The translations under genes and the position numbers were made by a program. From an uncultured Bacteroidales bacterium (GTDB lineage Bacteria > Bacteroidota > Bacteroidia > Bacteroidales > F082): DNA of 64,000 nt. Positions 1-10,180 of this stretch are shown here, piece after piece; positions within the stretch are counted from its first letter, which is position 1; each line of letters begins with the position of its first letter. The DNA lies in contig CAMYYD010000002.1 of assembly GCA_947303395.1 (NCBI GenBank), positions 16,142 through 80,141 on the forward strand, read 5' to 3'. The notes under the pieces are model-generated. The model ran no database searches and had not been told where the DNA came from. It worked only from the letters and a program-made list of their open reading frames with translations.

Positions 1-465
1 CAGAAGGTCGATATCTTTTTTGATGCCACGGATGGCAAGGATTTCAAGGACGAGGTTTACCAACGGGAATGCCATGCCGATGAAATAAGCTACATCAAGA
101 GTGTATGAATCGTTCTCGACTGCTTTGATAACACCCAAAATATCACTTTCATAGTAAACAAATACCAAACCTATAAAAATGATATTCAATAACATATTAA
201 AACGGCACAATCTAACTTGCAACTCGCGTTTTTTATAAAGGAATATGGTAACAAGCGGAGCTATTGTCATTAAAACAGTCAACACGACAAGTGGCCATGT
301 GTAAGTCTTTGACAATGATAGTGTATCGATTGGATTTTTAATTCCGAAAATGGTAAAACGCATAACATCACCATTGGTATCAAATGACATCAACGGCATA
401 AAAAACAGCAAAACACTAGCGATTGCTGCCAAAAGCATGAAAATAGTCTGTCTTCTCTGAATCAT
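1..465 (-). CDS. DUF4293-like small integral membrane protein; the 3' end runs off the window edge
   Basis: My hand translation of the reverse strand is open from the ATG (complement of 463-465) to position 1. It reads MIQRRQTIFMLLAAIASVLLFFMPL...LYKKRELQVRLCRFNMLLNI...AIRGIKKDIDLL, with several hydrophobic helices. The pattern matches my recollection of Bacteroidota DUF4293 proteins. It is not in the ORF track because no stop lies inside the window. Confidence 0.6.
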   Translation of the reverse strand, partial: MIQRRQTIFMLLAAIASVLLFFMPLMSFDTNGDVMRFTIFGIKNPIDTLSLSKTYTWPLVVLTVLMTIAPLVTIFLYKKRELQVRLCRFNMLLNIIFIGLVFVYYESDILGVIKAVENDSYTLDVAYFIGMAFPLVNLVLEILAIRGIKKDIDLL

Positions 466-519
466 TTCTAAATTTTTTGGCAAAATTAAGAAAATTTTTG
501 TTTGTGTGAAAAAAATTCG

Positions 520-527
520 TATCTTTG
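520..527 (+). promoter_or_regulatory. Bacteroidota-type -7 promoter box (TATCTTTG) upstream of rho, implying a leader of about 110 nt
   Basis: Exact match to the TAnnTTTG consensus, with a T-rich TTTG-containing stretch about 20 nt upstream (497-508). Confidence 0.45.
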
Positions 528-646
528 CATCGTCGAATGAACAAAAGACCATTTAAGTTTTTGTTACATTTCAATGAAAACAAGTCTGTTTTCGTACAAA
601 TCAGATAAAAATTCTTAAAATTCAAGTCTAAACAAATTGACTTTTT

Positions 647-2362
647 ATGTATGATATTTTTGAACTAAACGACAAATCCATGGCTGAGCTCAAGGAAATC
701 GCGTTAAAGCTTGGTGTGGAAAATGTCAGCTTGCCAAAGGAAAGCCTTGTGTACAGCATCATCGAGAAACAATCCTCATCGCAGGAAACACCAGCAGTTG
801 TTGAGAAACCGAAAGGCAGACCAGGCAGAAAGAAAAAGGTTGTAGAAGAGGAAAAAGTAGAAGAGGCGGCAGTTGTCGCACCAGTGGAAGAGGCTCCAGC
901 AGCAGAAGCTCCTGTTGCAGAGGCTCCGAAACGCGGCAGACGTCCGAGAATCGGCAAGCGCACTGATGTTATCAAGACCACTTTTGACAGCAGCAGCGAC
1001 GAGCGTGAGATGACACGTCACGTGTCGTATCCGAAGCCGAAACCGGCAGTTGTTGACATCGCCAATGAGATACTCAACGAAAATAACGAGGAAGAACCAA
1101 CGATAGAAACTCCTGAAGTCGACGAGACAGTTCCTCCGATGTTTGAGGAAAAACAGGAAGTTTATGAGGTGAGACCGCAGCAGCCGCAACCACAGCCTCA
1201 GCAGCAGCCGATGCCACAACGTCACGAAGAGATGATATCGGAGTTTGACGGCGTGGTGCAAGCTGAAGGCGTCTTGGAAATCATGCCTGACGGCTATGGA
1301 TTCCTGCGTTCGGCCGACTACAACTACCTCAACTCACCTGACGATATTTATGTGTCGCAGTCGCAGATTAAGCTTTTCGGTTTGAAAACTGGTGACACCA
1401 TCCTTGGAATGATTCGTCCGCCAAAGAACGGCGAGAAATATTTCCCATTGGTGAAGGTCGACAAGATCAACGGACGTAACCCTGACGAGGTGCGCGACCG
1501 TATACCATTCGACTTCCTCACTCCTCTGTTCCCGGACGAGAAATTCAAGATCACGGGACATCAAGGAGGCACTGTTTCCACGAGAATCATGGACCTCTTC
1601 GCCCCTATCGGCAAGGGTCAGCGTGGTTTGATCGTGGCACAGCCTAAGACAGGTAAGACTGTGTTACTGAAGGAAGTGGCAAACGCAATCGCGGCAAACC
1701 ACCCGGAGGTATACCTTATTATATTATTGATTGACGAGCGTCCTGAGGAGGTCACCGACATGGCACGCAGCGTGAAAGCCGAGGTTATTTCTTCAACATT
1801 CGATGAGCCGGCCGACAAGCACGTGAAGATTGCAAATATCGTGCTTGAAAAGGCAAAACGCTTGACAGAATGCGGTCACGACGTGGTGATTCTGCTTGAC
1901 TCTATCACACGTTTGGCACGTGCTTACAACACCGTATCACCTGCATCAGGAAAGGTGCTTTCGGGCGGTGTGGAAGCCAACGCATTGCAGAAGCCGAAAC
2001 GATTCTTCGGTGCCGCACGTAACATCGAAGGCGGCGGCTCACTCACTATTTTAGCCACAGCACTTATCGACACAGGTTCTAAGATGGACGAGGTCATCTT
2101 TGAGGAATTCAAGGGTACTGGTAACATGGAGCTCCAACTCGACCGCCGTCTGTCGAACAAGCGCATCTACCCTGCCATCGACATCGTGGCATCAGGTACA
2201 CGTCGTGACGATTTGTTGGTTGACGAGAGAACTTTGGCACGTGTTTGGGCTTTGCGCAACCACTTTGCCGACATGACACCTGTTGAAGCGATGGAATTCT
2301 TAAAAGACAGAATCTCGAAGACGGTGTCGAACGAAGAGTTTTTGGCAACAATAGACAAATAA
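647..2362 (+). CDS. rho: Transcription termination factor Rho carrying a large N-terminal low-complexity insertion
   Basis: 571-aa ORF with a Rho_N-like start ([23 protein letters not shown]), an RNA-binding CSD-like segment ([15 protein letters not shown]), Walker A ([12 protein letters not shown]) and a RecA-type core through [14 protein letters not shown]. An insertion of about 150 aa sits between the N-terminal helix bundle and the CSD. Confidence 0.97.
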   Translation: MYDIFELNDKSMAELKEIALKLGVENVSLPKESLVYSIIEKQSSSQETPAVVEKPKGRPGRKKKVVEEEKVEEAAVVAPVEEAPAAEAPVAEAPKRGRRPRIGKRTDVIKTTFDSSSDEREMTRHVSYPKPKPAVVDIANEILNENNEEEPTIETPEVDETVPPMFEEKQEVYEVRPQQPQPQPQQQPMPQRHEEMISEFDGVVQAEGVLEIMPDGYGFLRSADYNYLNSPDDIYVSQSQIKLFGLKTGDTILGMIRPPKNGEKYFPLVKVDKINGRNPDEVRDRIPFDFLTPLFPDEKFKITGHQGGTVSTRIMDLFAPIGKGQRGLIVAQPKTGKTVLLKEVANAIAANHPEVYLIILLIDERPEEVTDMARSVKAEVISSTFDEPADKHVKIANIVLEKAKRLTECGHDVVILLDSITRLARAYNTVSPASGKVLSGGVEANALQKPKRFFGAARNIEGGGSLTILATALIDTGSKMDEVIFEEFKGTGNMELQLDRRLSNKRIYPAIDIVASGTRRDDLLVDERTLARVWALRNHFADMTPVEAMEFLKDRISKTVSNEEFLATIDK

Positions 2363-2363
2363 A

Positions 2364-3413
2364 ATGAGACGAATTGCTTTCCTTCTGATGATCATCACAT
2401 TCATTTCATGCACAAGAAATGAAGAAAATGGTTTTGGAAAGTATTTTATTGATAAAACACTGAGAATCAATCTTGTACACTCAGGAGACGCCAATAGCGA
2501 GACGTTCAAACTCGACAAAATTTACGATGACGGGCTTTGGTACGGACGCACGAAAAACATGGTGAATCCATATCGTTTAGGCGCATATTTCTTTGAAGTT
2601 AGAGATCTCGGGACGAATGAACTGCTCTACTCCGACGGCATAAGCACTGTTTTCAGCGAATGGCGATTGACAGAGGAAGCGCAGAAGGAAAAGAAGATTT
2701 TTTACGAATCAATTCGAATCCCCTATCCTGTTAAAAATGCCAAACTTACGATGTATAAGATTGATTCTCTAGATATTACAGACATAGAACCAGTCTGGGA
2801 ATATGTAATTGACAGAAGAGCTAAAGCATTGGTGGAACCAACAAAAAATCACAACAACAGGCTTTTAAGATTGCTCGACAGCGGCGACCCGAAAGAGAAA
2901 GTCGACATTGTGATTCTTGGAGATGGTTACACCTTAAATGAGATACACAAATTTGATGCTGACGCGCTTCATTTTTACAACATTTTCATCAATTCAGAGC
3001 CATATCGCGACAGAAAAACAGATTTTAACGTTCATGCCGTTCAGGTGCCACCTATTGAATCAAGAAACAGTTTGAACACCAGCGGAGGAACTTTTGGACA
3101 TGAACAATACGCTTTGGCCAATAATGAATGGGCTTTCCGTGAATATGCAACACAAGCTCCGTATGATTATGTTTTGATTTTGATGAATGACGACAACAGT
3201 TACGGAGGCAGTCTGTATAATCTATACACTACTACCGCAATCCGCTCACAATCAGATGATTACGTCATAAGGCATGAGTTTGGGCATCAAATTGTGGGCA
3301 ATGCCGACAAGTATTATTCTGACGAGATGACGAGTGATACGACGGCAGTTTCAAATTATTATTATGATTTCAACGAACTGATTAACAAAATTTTAGATTT
3401 ACACACGAAGTAA
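2364..3413 (+). CDS. M64-family (IgA-peptidase-like) zinc metallopeptidase lipoprotein, short form
   Basis: Lipoprotein signal MRRIAFLLMIITFISC. Motifs VDIVILGDGYT and PYDYVLILMNDDNSYGG, plus the zinc motif HEFGH followed by GNADKYY, match the M64 family as I remember it. Only about 45 aa follow HEFGH. Confidence 0.7.
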   Translation: MRRIAFLLMIITFISCTRNEENGFGKYFIDKTLRINLVHSGDANSETFKLDKIYDDGLWYGRTKNMVNPYRLGAYFFEVRDLGTNELLYSDGISTVFSEWRLTEEAQKEKKIFYESIRIPYPVKNAKLTMYKIDSLDITDIEPVWEYVIDRRAKALVEPTKNHNNRLLRLLDSGDPKEKVDIVILGDGYTLNEIHKFDADALHFYNIFINSEPYRDRKTDFNVHAVQVPPIESRNSLNTSGGTFGHEQYALANNEWAFREYATQAPYDYVLILMNDDNSYGGSLYNLYTTTAIRSQSDDYVIRHEFGHQIVGNADKYYSDEMTSDTTAVSNYYYDFNELINKILDLHTK

Positions 3414-3414
3414 T

Positions 3415-3777
3415 ATGTTACATGAAACCATTAAAAAAGCAAGGATGTACTCGGGAATATCTCAGGCTAAGATAGCGAAAGAGATGTTCATGTCACAATC
3501 AAAATACAATAGAAAAGAGAACGGAAAGGTAAAAATCGAGCGCGACGAGGCAATAAAACTGGCCAAAATCCTTGATTTGAACGAAAAAGTCATTGTGAGA
3601 TATTGGATGGCCGACCAATTATACGAGTTGATGCAATACGACAAAGACCTTGTGTATGATGCATTTAAGATTGTTGAGGAGCATTTCGGCGATTATGAAA
3701 CATTTGTCACCTTACCCCAACGCAACTCAAGTTACAGCAGTTTGGCCGAGCGTTTGAAACATCGAAAAAAGAAATAA
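3415..3777 (+). CDS. XRE-family helix-turn-helix transcriptional regulator
   Basis: 120-aa ORF. The N-terminus IKKARMYSGISQAKIAKEMFMSQSKYNRKENGK is a typical Cro/C1 HTH. It starts 1 nt after the M64 stop. Confidence 0.75.
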   Translation: MLHETIKKARMYSGISQAKIAKEMFMSQSKYNRKENGKVKIERDEAIKLAKILDLNEKVIVRYWMADQLYELMQYDKDLVYDAFKIVEEHFGDYETFVTLPQRNSSYSSLAERLKHRKKK

Positions 3778-3826
3778 AAAATCTCCAAACCATTTGTAAA
3801 AAAACAAATTATTTCCTAATTTTGCG

Positions 3827-3834
3827 AGCAGAAT
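3827..3834 (+). promoter_or_regulatory. -7 promoter box TAATTTTG upstream of the Na/Pi cotransporter gene
   Basis: TAnnTTTG match 24 nt upstream of the ATG at 3858. Confidence 0.45.
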
Positions 3835-3857
3835 TATTGGGTTAAAACGATAAGAAT

Positions 3858-5570
3858 ATGACATTGTTTGTTTTCTTGAAACTTTTAGGATGTCTTGCGC
3901 TCCTTATGTTTGGTATGAAGGCAATGAGTGATGCCTTGCAGAAGATGGCCGGTCCACAGTTGCGCCATGTTCTCAGCACCATGACCACCAATCGTTTCAC
4001 GGGAATGTTGACTGGAATATTCGTCACGGCCGCGGTGCAGTCGTCGACCGCCACCACCCTGATGACGGTGTCGTTTGTCAATGCAGGATTGCTCACGTTG
4101 ACACAGTCAATCTCGGTGATTATGGGAGCACACATCGGAACCACTGTGACGGCGTGGATTATGTCGTTAGGCTTCTCATTCAATATTTCAGACTTTGTTT
4201 ATCTTGCGTTTTTTATCGGTATCATCCTGCTTTATATGAAGAGACGCCGTATCATCGGTGATTTCCTGTTTGGTATCGCATTTCTGTTTTTAGGTTTGGG
4301 AACTTTGAAAGAGACCGGTTTTGCTGTGGTACAAGACCCAAATGCAAACGCAGCTATCAGCACGTTTTTCTCACGTTTTAACGACCCAACATTCTGGAAC
4401 TCACTGTTTTTCCTGCTGATGGGAACAATTTTGACGCTTTGCGTGCAGTCGAGTGCAGCAATTATGGCTATCACAATGATTTTATGTACGACAGGCGTTT
4501 TGCATATCGATCAAGGTATAATGCTTGTGCTCGGTGAAAATATCGGAACGACAATCACAGCCAACATCGTGGCAATTGGCGCTAACACACAAGCACGACG
4601 AGCGGCATTTGCGCACTTGAGTATCAATGTGATAGGCGTTACTTGGGCTTTGATTTTGCTACAGCCGTTTGTAAATATGGTTTGCGGTTTTGTCGGTTTC
4701 GACAGACACATGTTACCGAGCGACCCTGGATATGCGGAGAATTTAGCCATGATTTCAGTGGTTTTGGCTACCTTCCACTCCACTTTCAACGTGGCAAACA
4801 CCTTGTTACAGATTGGATTTATCAAATATATCGAACGATTTGTTAGCAAGGTGATCAATCCGAAAGTATCGGAAGACGACGAAGAATCGAGACTGAAATT
4901 CATATCAGGCGGTTTGCTTTCGACAGCTGAACTTTCTGTTTTGCAAGCCCAGAAGGAAATCAGCCTATTCTCATCGAGAACAAATAAGATGTTCAGTTTC
5001 ATTCCAAATCTGCTTTTTGAGACAAAAAATGACGAGGATTTCAGCAAATTATACGCAAGAATCGAGAAATACGAGCAGATTTCCGACAATATGGAGATTG
5101 AAATCGCGAATTATCTCAACAAGGTGACTGAAGGACATTTAGGTCCTGAGACGAAGACCAAGATCCGTTTCATGCTTCGTGAAGTCGGTGAGCTTGAGAG
5201 TATTGGCGATAGCTGCTTCAATCTCGCGCGCACCATCAATCAGAAACACACCAAAAACGAACATTTCACTGACGAGCAGAAAGTTCATATACGTTATATG
5301 TTCGAGCTATGTAAAAAAGCACTTGAGCATATGCAGAAAGTGTTGGACGACGACCAGAATGTCATCGACATCAACGAGTCGCTGAACATCGAAAACGAGC
5401 TCAACAACTACCGTACTCAACTTAGGGAAGCCAACGTGATAGACATCAACGAGCGCCGATATAACTATCAGGCAGGAGTTCAATACATGGATATCATCTG
5501 CGAATGCGAGAAGTTAGGCGACTACGTCATTAATGTTGTTGAGGCCCATGCACACAAAAAGCTGACGTAA
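3858..5570 (+). CDS. Na/Pi cotransporter family protein with a PhoU-like C-terminal domain
   Basis: 570 aa. The N-terminal half is polytopic, with duplicated motifs of the Na/Pi-cotransporter II type (QSSTATTLM..., QSSAAIMAI...). The soluble helical C-terminal half resembles PhoU repeats. Confidence 0.85.
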   Translation: MTLFVFLKLLGCLALLMFGMKAMSDALQKMAGPQLRHVLSTMTTNRFTGMLTGIFVTAAVQSSTATTLMTVSFVNAGLLTLTQSISVIMGAHIGTTVTAWIMSLGFSFNISDFVYLAFFIGIILLYMKRRRIIGDFLFGIAFLFLGLGTLKETGFAVVQDPNANAAISTFFSRFNDPTFWNSLFFLLMGTILTLCVQSSAAIMAITMILCTTGVLHIDQGIMLVLGENIGTTITANIVAIGANTQARRAAFAHLSINVIGVTWALILLQPFVNMVCGFVGFDRHMLPSDPGYAENLAMISVVLATFHSTFNVANTLLQIGFIKYIERFVSKVINPKVSEDDEESRLKFISGGLLSTAELSVLQAQKEISLFSSRTNKMFSFIPNLLFETKNDEDFSKLYARIEKYEQISDNMEIEIANYLNKVTEGHLGPETKTKIRFMLREVGELESIGDSCFNLARTINQKHTKNEHFTDEQKVHIRYMFELCKKALEHMQKVLDDDQNVIDINESLNIENELNNYRTQLREANVIDINERRYNYQAGVQYMDIICECEKLGDYVINVVEAHAHKKLT

Positions 5571-5589
5571 AACGCCAGCTTTTTTTTTA
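5560..5589. terminator. Bidirectional intrinsic terminator between the convergent Na/Pi gene and the tolC-family gene
   Basis: Stem AGCTGACG / CGCCAGCT (one mismatch), loop TAAAA, followed by nine T on the plus strand. On the minus strand the same stem is followed by TTTTT. Confidence 0.7.
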
Positions 5590-5609
5590 TTTCACTGCTT
5601 GAAAATATA

Positions 5610-6941
5610 CTATTTTCCAGTTAAATCGTGATATCTGCGACGTGCAGAAGTGTAGGTAATCTGTCTGTCGGTAATAGCGTTTTGTGCCTGGAGAAGCAAT
5701 GCGTTGGCCTCGAGAACATCGGTTAGGGTGTTCATTCCCGCGCGGTAGTTCAATTCAGCGAGACGGTAGTTTTCCTGAGCCATTTCGAGAGCCGCATTGT
5801 CAGAACGCAACAATGATTCAGCCTCAATCATCTGATTATAAGCCTGTTTTTCCTGCAGTGACATCTTTTCTGTCAGGTCTTGCTGCATAATTTCGTATTG
5901 TTCAATCTTCAGGTTGTGCTCCTTGATTTTGTGAGATGTCTCCCACCATTGTGTAAGAGGCACCGACACTTTCGCAAAGAAGATAGCGTTGCCTTTGTAA
6001 TTAGGCTGGACAAGATTTCCGTAGCTCACCATTGCACCGATGCCGATTTCAGGAAGAGCCTCTCCCCTTGTCAGTCGCTTATAAAACGTCTCAGCGTCAA
6101 TCTGAAGCTGGAGAAGTCTTAATTCAGGACGTTCGAAGCTGTCATTTTCAACAAAAACAGTACCTTTTTCGAGGTCATTTTCAAGATTCAGGCCGCCTTC
6201 AGGATATTCGATTCCGATTTCCTGGCAGAGAAGCCGTGAAGCAAGGACAATACCGTTGTTAAGCTGCATCTGCTTGGCCAAGAACTCATTGCGTTTCAGG
6301 GCAACACGCAGCTGATCGTTTTTTGTCACGAGACCAGCCTTCAGAGCCACGTTGACTGTATGGTCGAGCGAATCGATCAATGCCATTGCAGAATTCAGCG
6401 TAGCAACTTTCGACTGGAGACCGATCACGAGATAATACGTCGATTCAATGCTTTCGAGCACATCGCGTTCAGAGACTTCAGCTTTGAGTTCGGCAGCCTC
6501 CACTCCCAATTGAGCCAGTTGATTGCCATTTCTAATTCTTCCACCAGCATAAACCGGCTGAATCGCCATAGCGCTGACACCCTGACCTTTCTGCATAAAT
6601 TCCACACCAGTCGGAAGATTCATTCCATTTGCATTCAATGTCTCGACGATAGCCTTAAGGATTTCGCCAAACTCATCATGAATGTCATCAATTCCGTACT
6701 GAATAATAGGATTTACCGCATAATAACCGATATAATCGAGGCTTACCTGAGGGAAAAACTTGGTAAATACCTGTTTTTTAACCTCTTGAGCCTTTTCTAT
6801 CTCGATTTTATTCGTCTTGAACTGTGCATTGTTGGCTCTCGCAAGGGCGAAACACGAGTCAAGTGTCAGAACGTCAGCGTTTTGCGCTGTCAAGCCCAGA
6901 TTCAGAAATGCAAAAGCTATTATTAAAATATATCTTTTCAT
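5610..6941 (-). CDS. TolC-family outer membrane efflux protein (RND operon 1)
   Basis: 443 aa with signal peptide MKRYILIIAFAFLNLGLTAQ and two-repeat coiled-coil/beta architecture. It lies 4 nt downstream of the RND permease. Confidence 0.88.
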   Translation of the reverse strand: MKRYILIIAFAFLNLGLTAQNADVLTLDSCFALARANNAQFKTNKIEIEKAQEVKKQVFTKFFPQVSLDYIGYYAVNPIIQYGIDDIHDEFGEILKAIVETLNANGMNLPTGVEFMQKGQGVSAMAIQPVYAGGRIRNGNQLAQLGVEAAELKAEVSERDVLESIESTYYLVIGLQSKVATLNSAMALIDSLDHTVNVALKAGLVTKNDQLRVALKRNEFLAKQMQLNNGIVLASRLLCQEIGIEYPEGGLNLENDLEKGTVFVENDSFERPELRLLQLQIDAETFYKRLTRGEALPEIGIGAMVSYGNLVQPNYKGNAIFFAKVSVPLTQWWETSHKIKEHNLKIEQYEIMQQDLTEKMSLQEKQAYNQMIEAESLLRSDNAALEMAQENYRLAELNYRAGMNTLTDVLEANALLLQAQNAITDRQITYTSARRRYHDLTGK

Positions 6942-6945
6942 AGTC

Positions 6946-9900
6946 TTAATTCTCTAAAATGTTTTCTTCCATTCTGTTCAATTTCTCGTTTCGTCTGTCG
7001 CGTCTGTCAAGATTTCTTAAGAAAATCCTGTTGATACTTTCAAAAAACTTCTTATCGCGTTCGCCAGCATCGAAAGCAAGGCAGTAAGCAACTGGGAGAA
7101 CTGTCACGACAAGCGGGAAAGTGATGATTGTTCCGAAACAGATAACAACGCCCATTGGCTCCCAAAGCAATGTCTTAGCCAAAATCATCGGGATAACGCC
7201 GAGAGCTGTTGTTGCTGAAGTCAAGAAAATTGGGCGCATACGACGCATACCCGCTTCATAAGCAGCCTGATGCACCGACAGATGTTCTTTTGCGCGTAAC
7301 TCAGCGGCATAGTCGTACATGATAATCGCATTACGCACGATGATACCGATAAGCGAGATGACTCCTAAGATTGCAGTGACCGACAAATCAAGTCCGAACA
7401 GCCACAATCCGAATGTTGCGCCAAAGATGCAAAGCACTGACACTGAGAGAGATAGGAATGAAATACCGATCTTAGCATAGTGAATAATCAGAACGATGAA
7501 CATCACCACGATAGCAGCCACGATTGACTGAATCATTGAAGGCATTGTCTCTCTGGTCACTGCCATTGAGCCGCCTTTTTCAATAATCACATCATCAGGA
7601 ATGTTCAGGTTATTCTCGATATATTCATCGATTTTTCCGAACTCGTTGAGTTGGCCTGCTCCCGGAATCACATCGGCGGCAACAGTGATACATTTCATAC
7701 CATTACGGTGAGGAAGGTTGCAATTTTTGAATTGCGGAACCAACTTCGCCACTTGACGTAAAGGCACCCATTCGCCTGGTTTAGATGTCGGTATCAACAT
7801 ATCACCAAGTCCTTCATAATCAATATGATGAGCACCTTCTGTATAAACAGTGGTATGAAGGTTATAGCCACCTTCCCACAAAGAAACTATGCTGCTTCCC
7901 GACAAGGCGCTTGCAAGGTACACTGACAGAACAGACTGTGTAACACCGAGACGGCTAGCCTCTTCCATGTCAAGATTAACTTCGATAATCTTTTCTGTCT
8001 CATCGAAGTCAGAATGGACGTAGAACAAGTTAGGACTGCGTTTCATAAACGCTTTGATGGAATCGTTGATAAGACTGAGAGTTTTGTAGTCGTCACCTTT
8101 GATATAATACTCAACTGGCGCGTTAACTATCTGATAATCCATCTGTTTGAAACGAATCTGCGCTATCGGGAAGATGTTCTCATATTTCTTAGTGTATTCG
8201 TTCATCATCTCCTTCGTCGCGTTTTCCGATTGGGTTATCACGATAAACTGAGCGTAAGCGTTTGTTGGAGTCGGCTCTGGAGCGTATGTCATGTGGAAAC
8301 GCGGAGAAGACATTCCAAGGAATGCTGTCACAGATTTCACACGTTTGTCGGCCTTCAAAATCTTCGTCAGCGAGTCGGCAACAGCGGCTGTCTCCTCTAT
8401 TGAGCTACCATATGCGAGATGAATCTCGACCGCGAAACTGTCACGTTCGGCCTTCGGTAACATCTGAATATTGATCTTTGTGAACAATAAAACTCCGACA
8501 AACACCGAAGCTAAAGCCACTAAAACGGTAGTCCATTTATAGCGGAAGCACAGGTTGAGAAGCTTTTTATATCCATTTTGAAGGATGTCGAAGAACTTGG
8601 CCTGAATTTTCTCGAATCTCGAGCGTTTGTTAGGGTTTGAAGGAGCTATCATTCTCACCGACATATATGGAATCACCCATATTGCGTAGAAGAAACTACA
8701 TGCCAGCGTGATGAAGATTGCCCATGGGAACAGCTTGATGAAATCGCCCATGTTAGTGCCTTGCATGAGAGCCAGCATCGGGAAGAACATACACGAAATC
8801 GAACATGTAGCGATGAGCATTGATGTCATGAGGCTCTTTGTTGAGACTGCAGCTGAATACCATCGCGAATGACCTTCGTTGAGCATGTCGGTGTAGCCGT
8901 CGATGACCACCACCGAGTCGTCAACAATCATACCTAAAACGACGATAAGAGCGGCCAAAGTCACGGTGTTGAGCTCCATTCCAAGAAGATACATTATAGC
9001 CCACGCAGCGGCGATACACACCGGCACCGAAGTCGACGACACCAAAGCGGTTCGCAACGGGAACAGCATGAGCATCACCAAGATAACGATGATGATAGCT
9101 TCGATGAGGTCTTTCAAAAACGACATCACTGACTTATTGACAACCACTGGCTGGTCGGTGATGCGGTGCACCTTGATATCAGGTGGAGCTGTCGCAAGGA
9201 AAGCGTCGATTTTCTCATTCACTTCGTCACCGAAAGCCACAACGTTATAACCCGGACGCATCTCCATTGAGAACATCAGGCAGCGGTTGTTGTTGACGAG
9301 GCTGTCGGAATATTGGATATACTGTGAAGCCTCCTGATAGCGGCGTTCGATGCGTGCAACATCGCGCAGTTTCACAGTCTGTCCAGTTATCGGGTCAGAG
9401 AAAACGACGAGTTCGTAAAGCTGATACATATCGTCGATAGGCACATCGACATGAATCAAGGCATTGCCATCGATGTTGTCAACTTTGCCTGACACTGTGC
9501 GCAAACTATGAGCTGCAAGTTCTGCCGTCACCATTGAAGGCGATATGGCATATTGAGTCATTCGCGCAGGGTCCATGTAAACAGCTATCTCCTCCTTCTG
9601 CTCGCCAACAATCTTAATGTTACCCATAGTTTTGATTGTGCGCAGTTTCTCTGAGAGTTTATCAGCAAACTCACGCAATTCGCGCGACGAGCGCTGGTCA
9701 CTTTCAATTGCAAGGAGCAATGATGAAGCGTTTCCGAAATCATCAATAACCGCAGTAGTAATAACGCCTTTCGGCAAGTTGGTCTGTTTAAACAACACCA
9801 ATCCCTGACGGATACGCGACCAGGTCATCTTAGCATCATTGCAATCAGGATTGAGGTTGACAATGATAATAAGCATTCCGTCCTTGGAATACGAATAAGT

Positions 9901-10155
9901 CTTGTTTTTATCCACGTCGCTGAATGTGAACAGATACTGTTCTGTCACTCCAGCCACCCTCTGCTCTATCTCGTCGGCAGTGGCGCCAGGATAAACGATA
10001 GCGACCACACCTGTACGAATCGTCACATCCGGAAACTCGTTTTTCTTCAAACGAGGAAGTGCGATGAATCCGAAGATAACGATTGCCGCCATAAAGAAGA
10101 ACACCAGATTGCTGTTCCTCATAGCAGCTTCAACCATATTTCTTTTACGAGCCAT
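6946..10155 (-). CDS. Efflux RND transporter permease (AcrB/HAE1-like), operon 1
   Basis: 1069 aa with the 12-TM, two-large-periplasmic-loop layout. Conserved TM4 region VLGMIVDDSVVVIDG. Charged C-terminal tail. Confidence 0.93.
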   Translation of the reverse strand: MARKRNMVEAAMRNSNLVFFFMAAIVIFGFIALPRLKKNEFPDVTIRTGVVAIVYPGATADEIEQRVAGVTEQYLFTFSDVDKNKTYSYSKDGMLIIIVNLNPDCNDAKMTWSRIRQGLVLFKQTNLPKGVITTAVIDDFGNASSLLLAIESDQRSSRELREFADKLSEKLRTIKTMGNIKIVGEQKEEIAVYMDPARMTQYAISPSMVTAELAAHSLRTVSGKVDNIDGNALIHVDVPIDDMYQLYELVVFSDPITGQTVKLRDVARIERRYQEASQYIQYSDSLVNNNRCLMFSMEMRPGYNVVAFGDEVNEKIDAFLATAPPDIKVHRITDQPVVVNKSVMSFLKDLIEAIIIVILVMLMLFPLRTALVSSTSVPVCIAAAWAIMYLLGMELNTVTLAALIVVLGMIVDDSVVVIDGYTDMLNEGHSRWYSAAVSTKSLMTSMLIATCSISCMFFPMLALMQGTNMGDFIKLFPWAIFITLACSFFYAIWVIPYMSVRMIAPSNPNKRSRFEKIQAKFFDILQNGYKKLLNLCFRYKWTTVLVALASVFVGVLLFTKINIQMLPKAERDSFAVEIHLAYGSSIEETAAVADSLTKILKADKRVKSVTAFLGMSSPRFHMTYAPEPTPTNAYAQFIVITQSENATKEMMNEYTKKYENIFPIAQIRFKQMDYQIVNAPVEYYIKGDDYKTLSLINDSIKAFMKRSPNLFYVHSDFDETEKIIEVNLDMEEASRLGVTQSVLSVYLASALSGSSIVSLWEGGYNLHTTVYTEGAHHIDYEGLGDMLIPTSKPGEWVPLRQVAKLVPQFKNCNLPHRNGMKCITVAADVIPGAGQLNEFGKIDEYIENNLNIPDDVIIEKGGSMAVTRETMPSMIQSIVAAIVVMFIVLIIHYAKIGISFLSLSVSVLCIFGATFGLWLFGLDLSVTAILGVISLIGIIVRNAIIMYDYAAELRAKEHLSVHQAAYEAGMRRMRPIFLTSATTALGVIPMILAKTLLWEPMGVVICFGTIITFPLVVTVLPVAYCLAFDAGERDKKFFESINRIFLRNLDRRDRRNEKLNRMEENILEN

Positions 10156-10180
10156 AAATCTCTATTTTATTGATTATGAA

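Noticed and set aside
2364-3777. Metallopeptidase plus XRE-HTH pair as an ImmA/IrrE-ImmR-type mobile-element switch.
   Set aside because: The peptidase is M64 family with a lipoprotein export signal, not a cytoplasmic ImmA/IrrE (M78) protease. No integrase, phage or conjugation genes are nearby.
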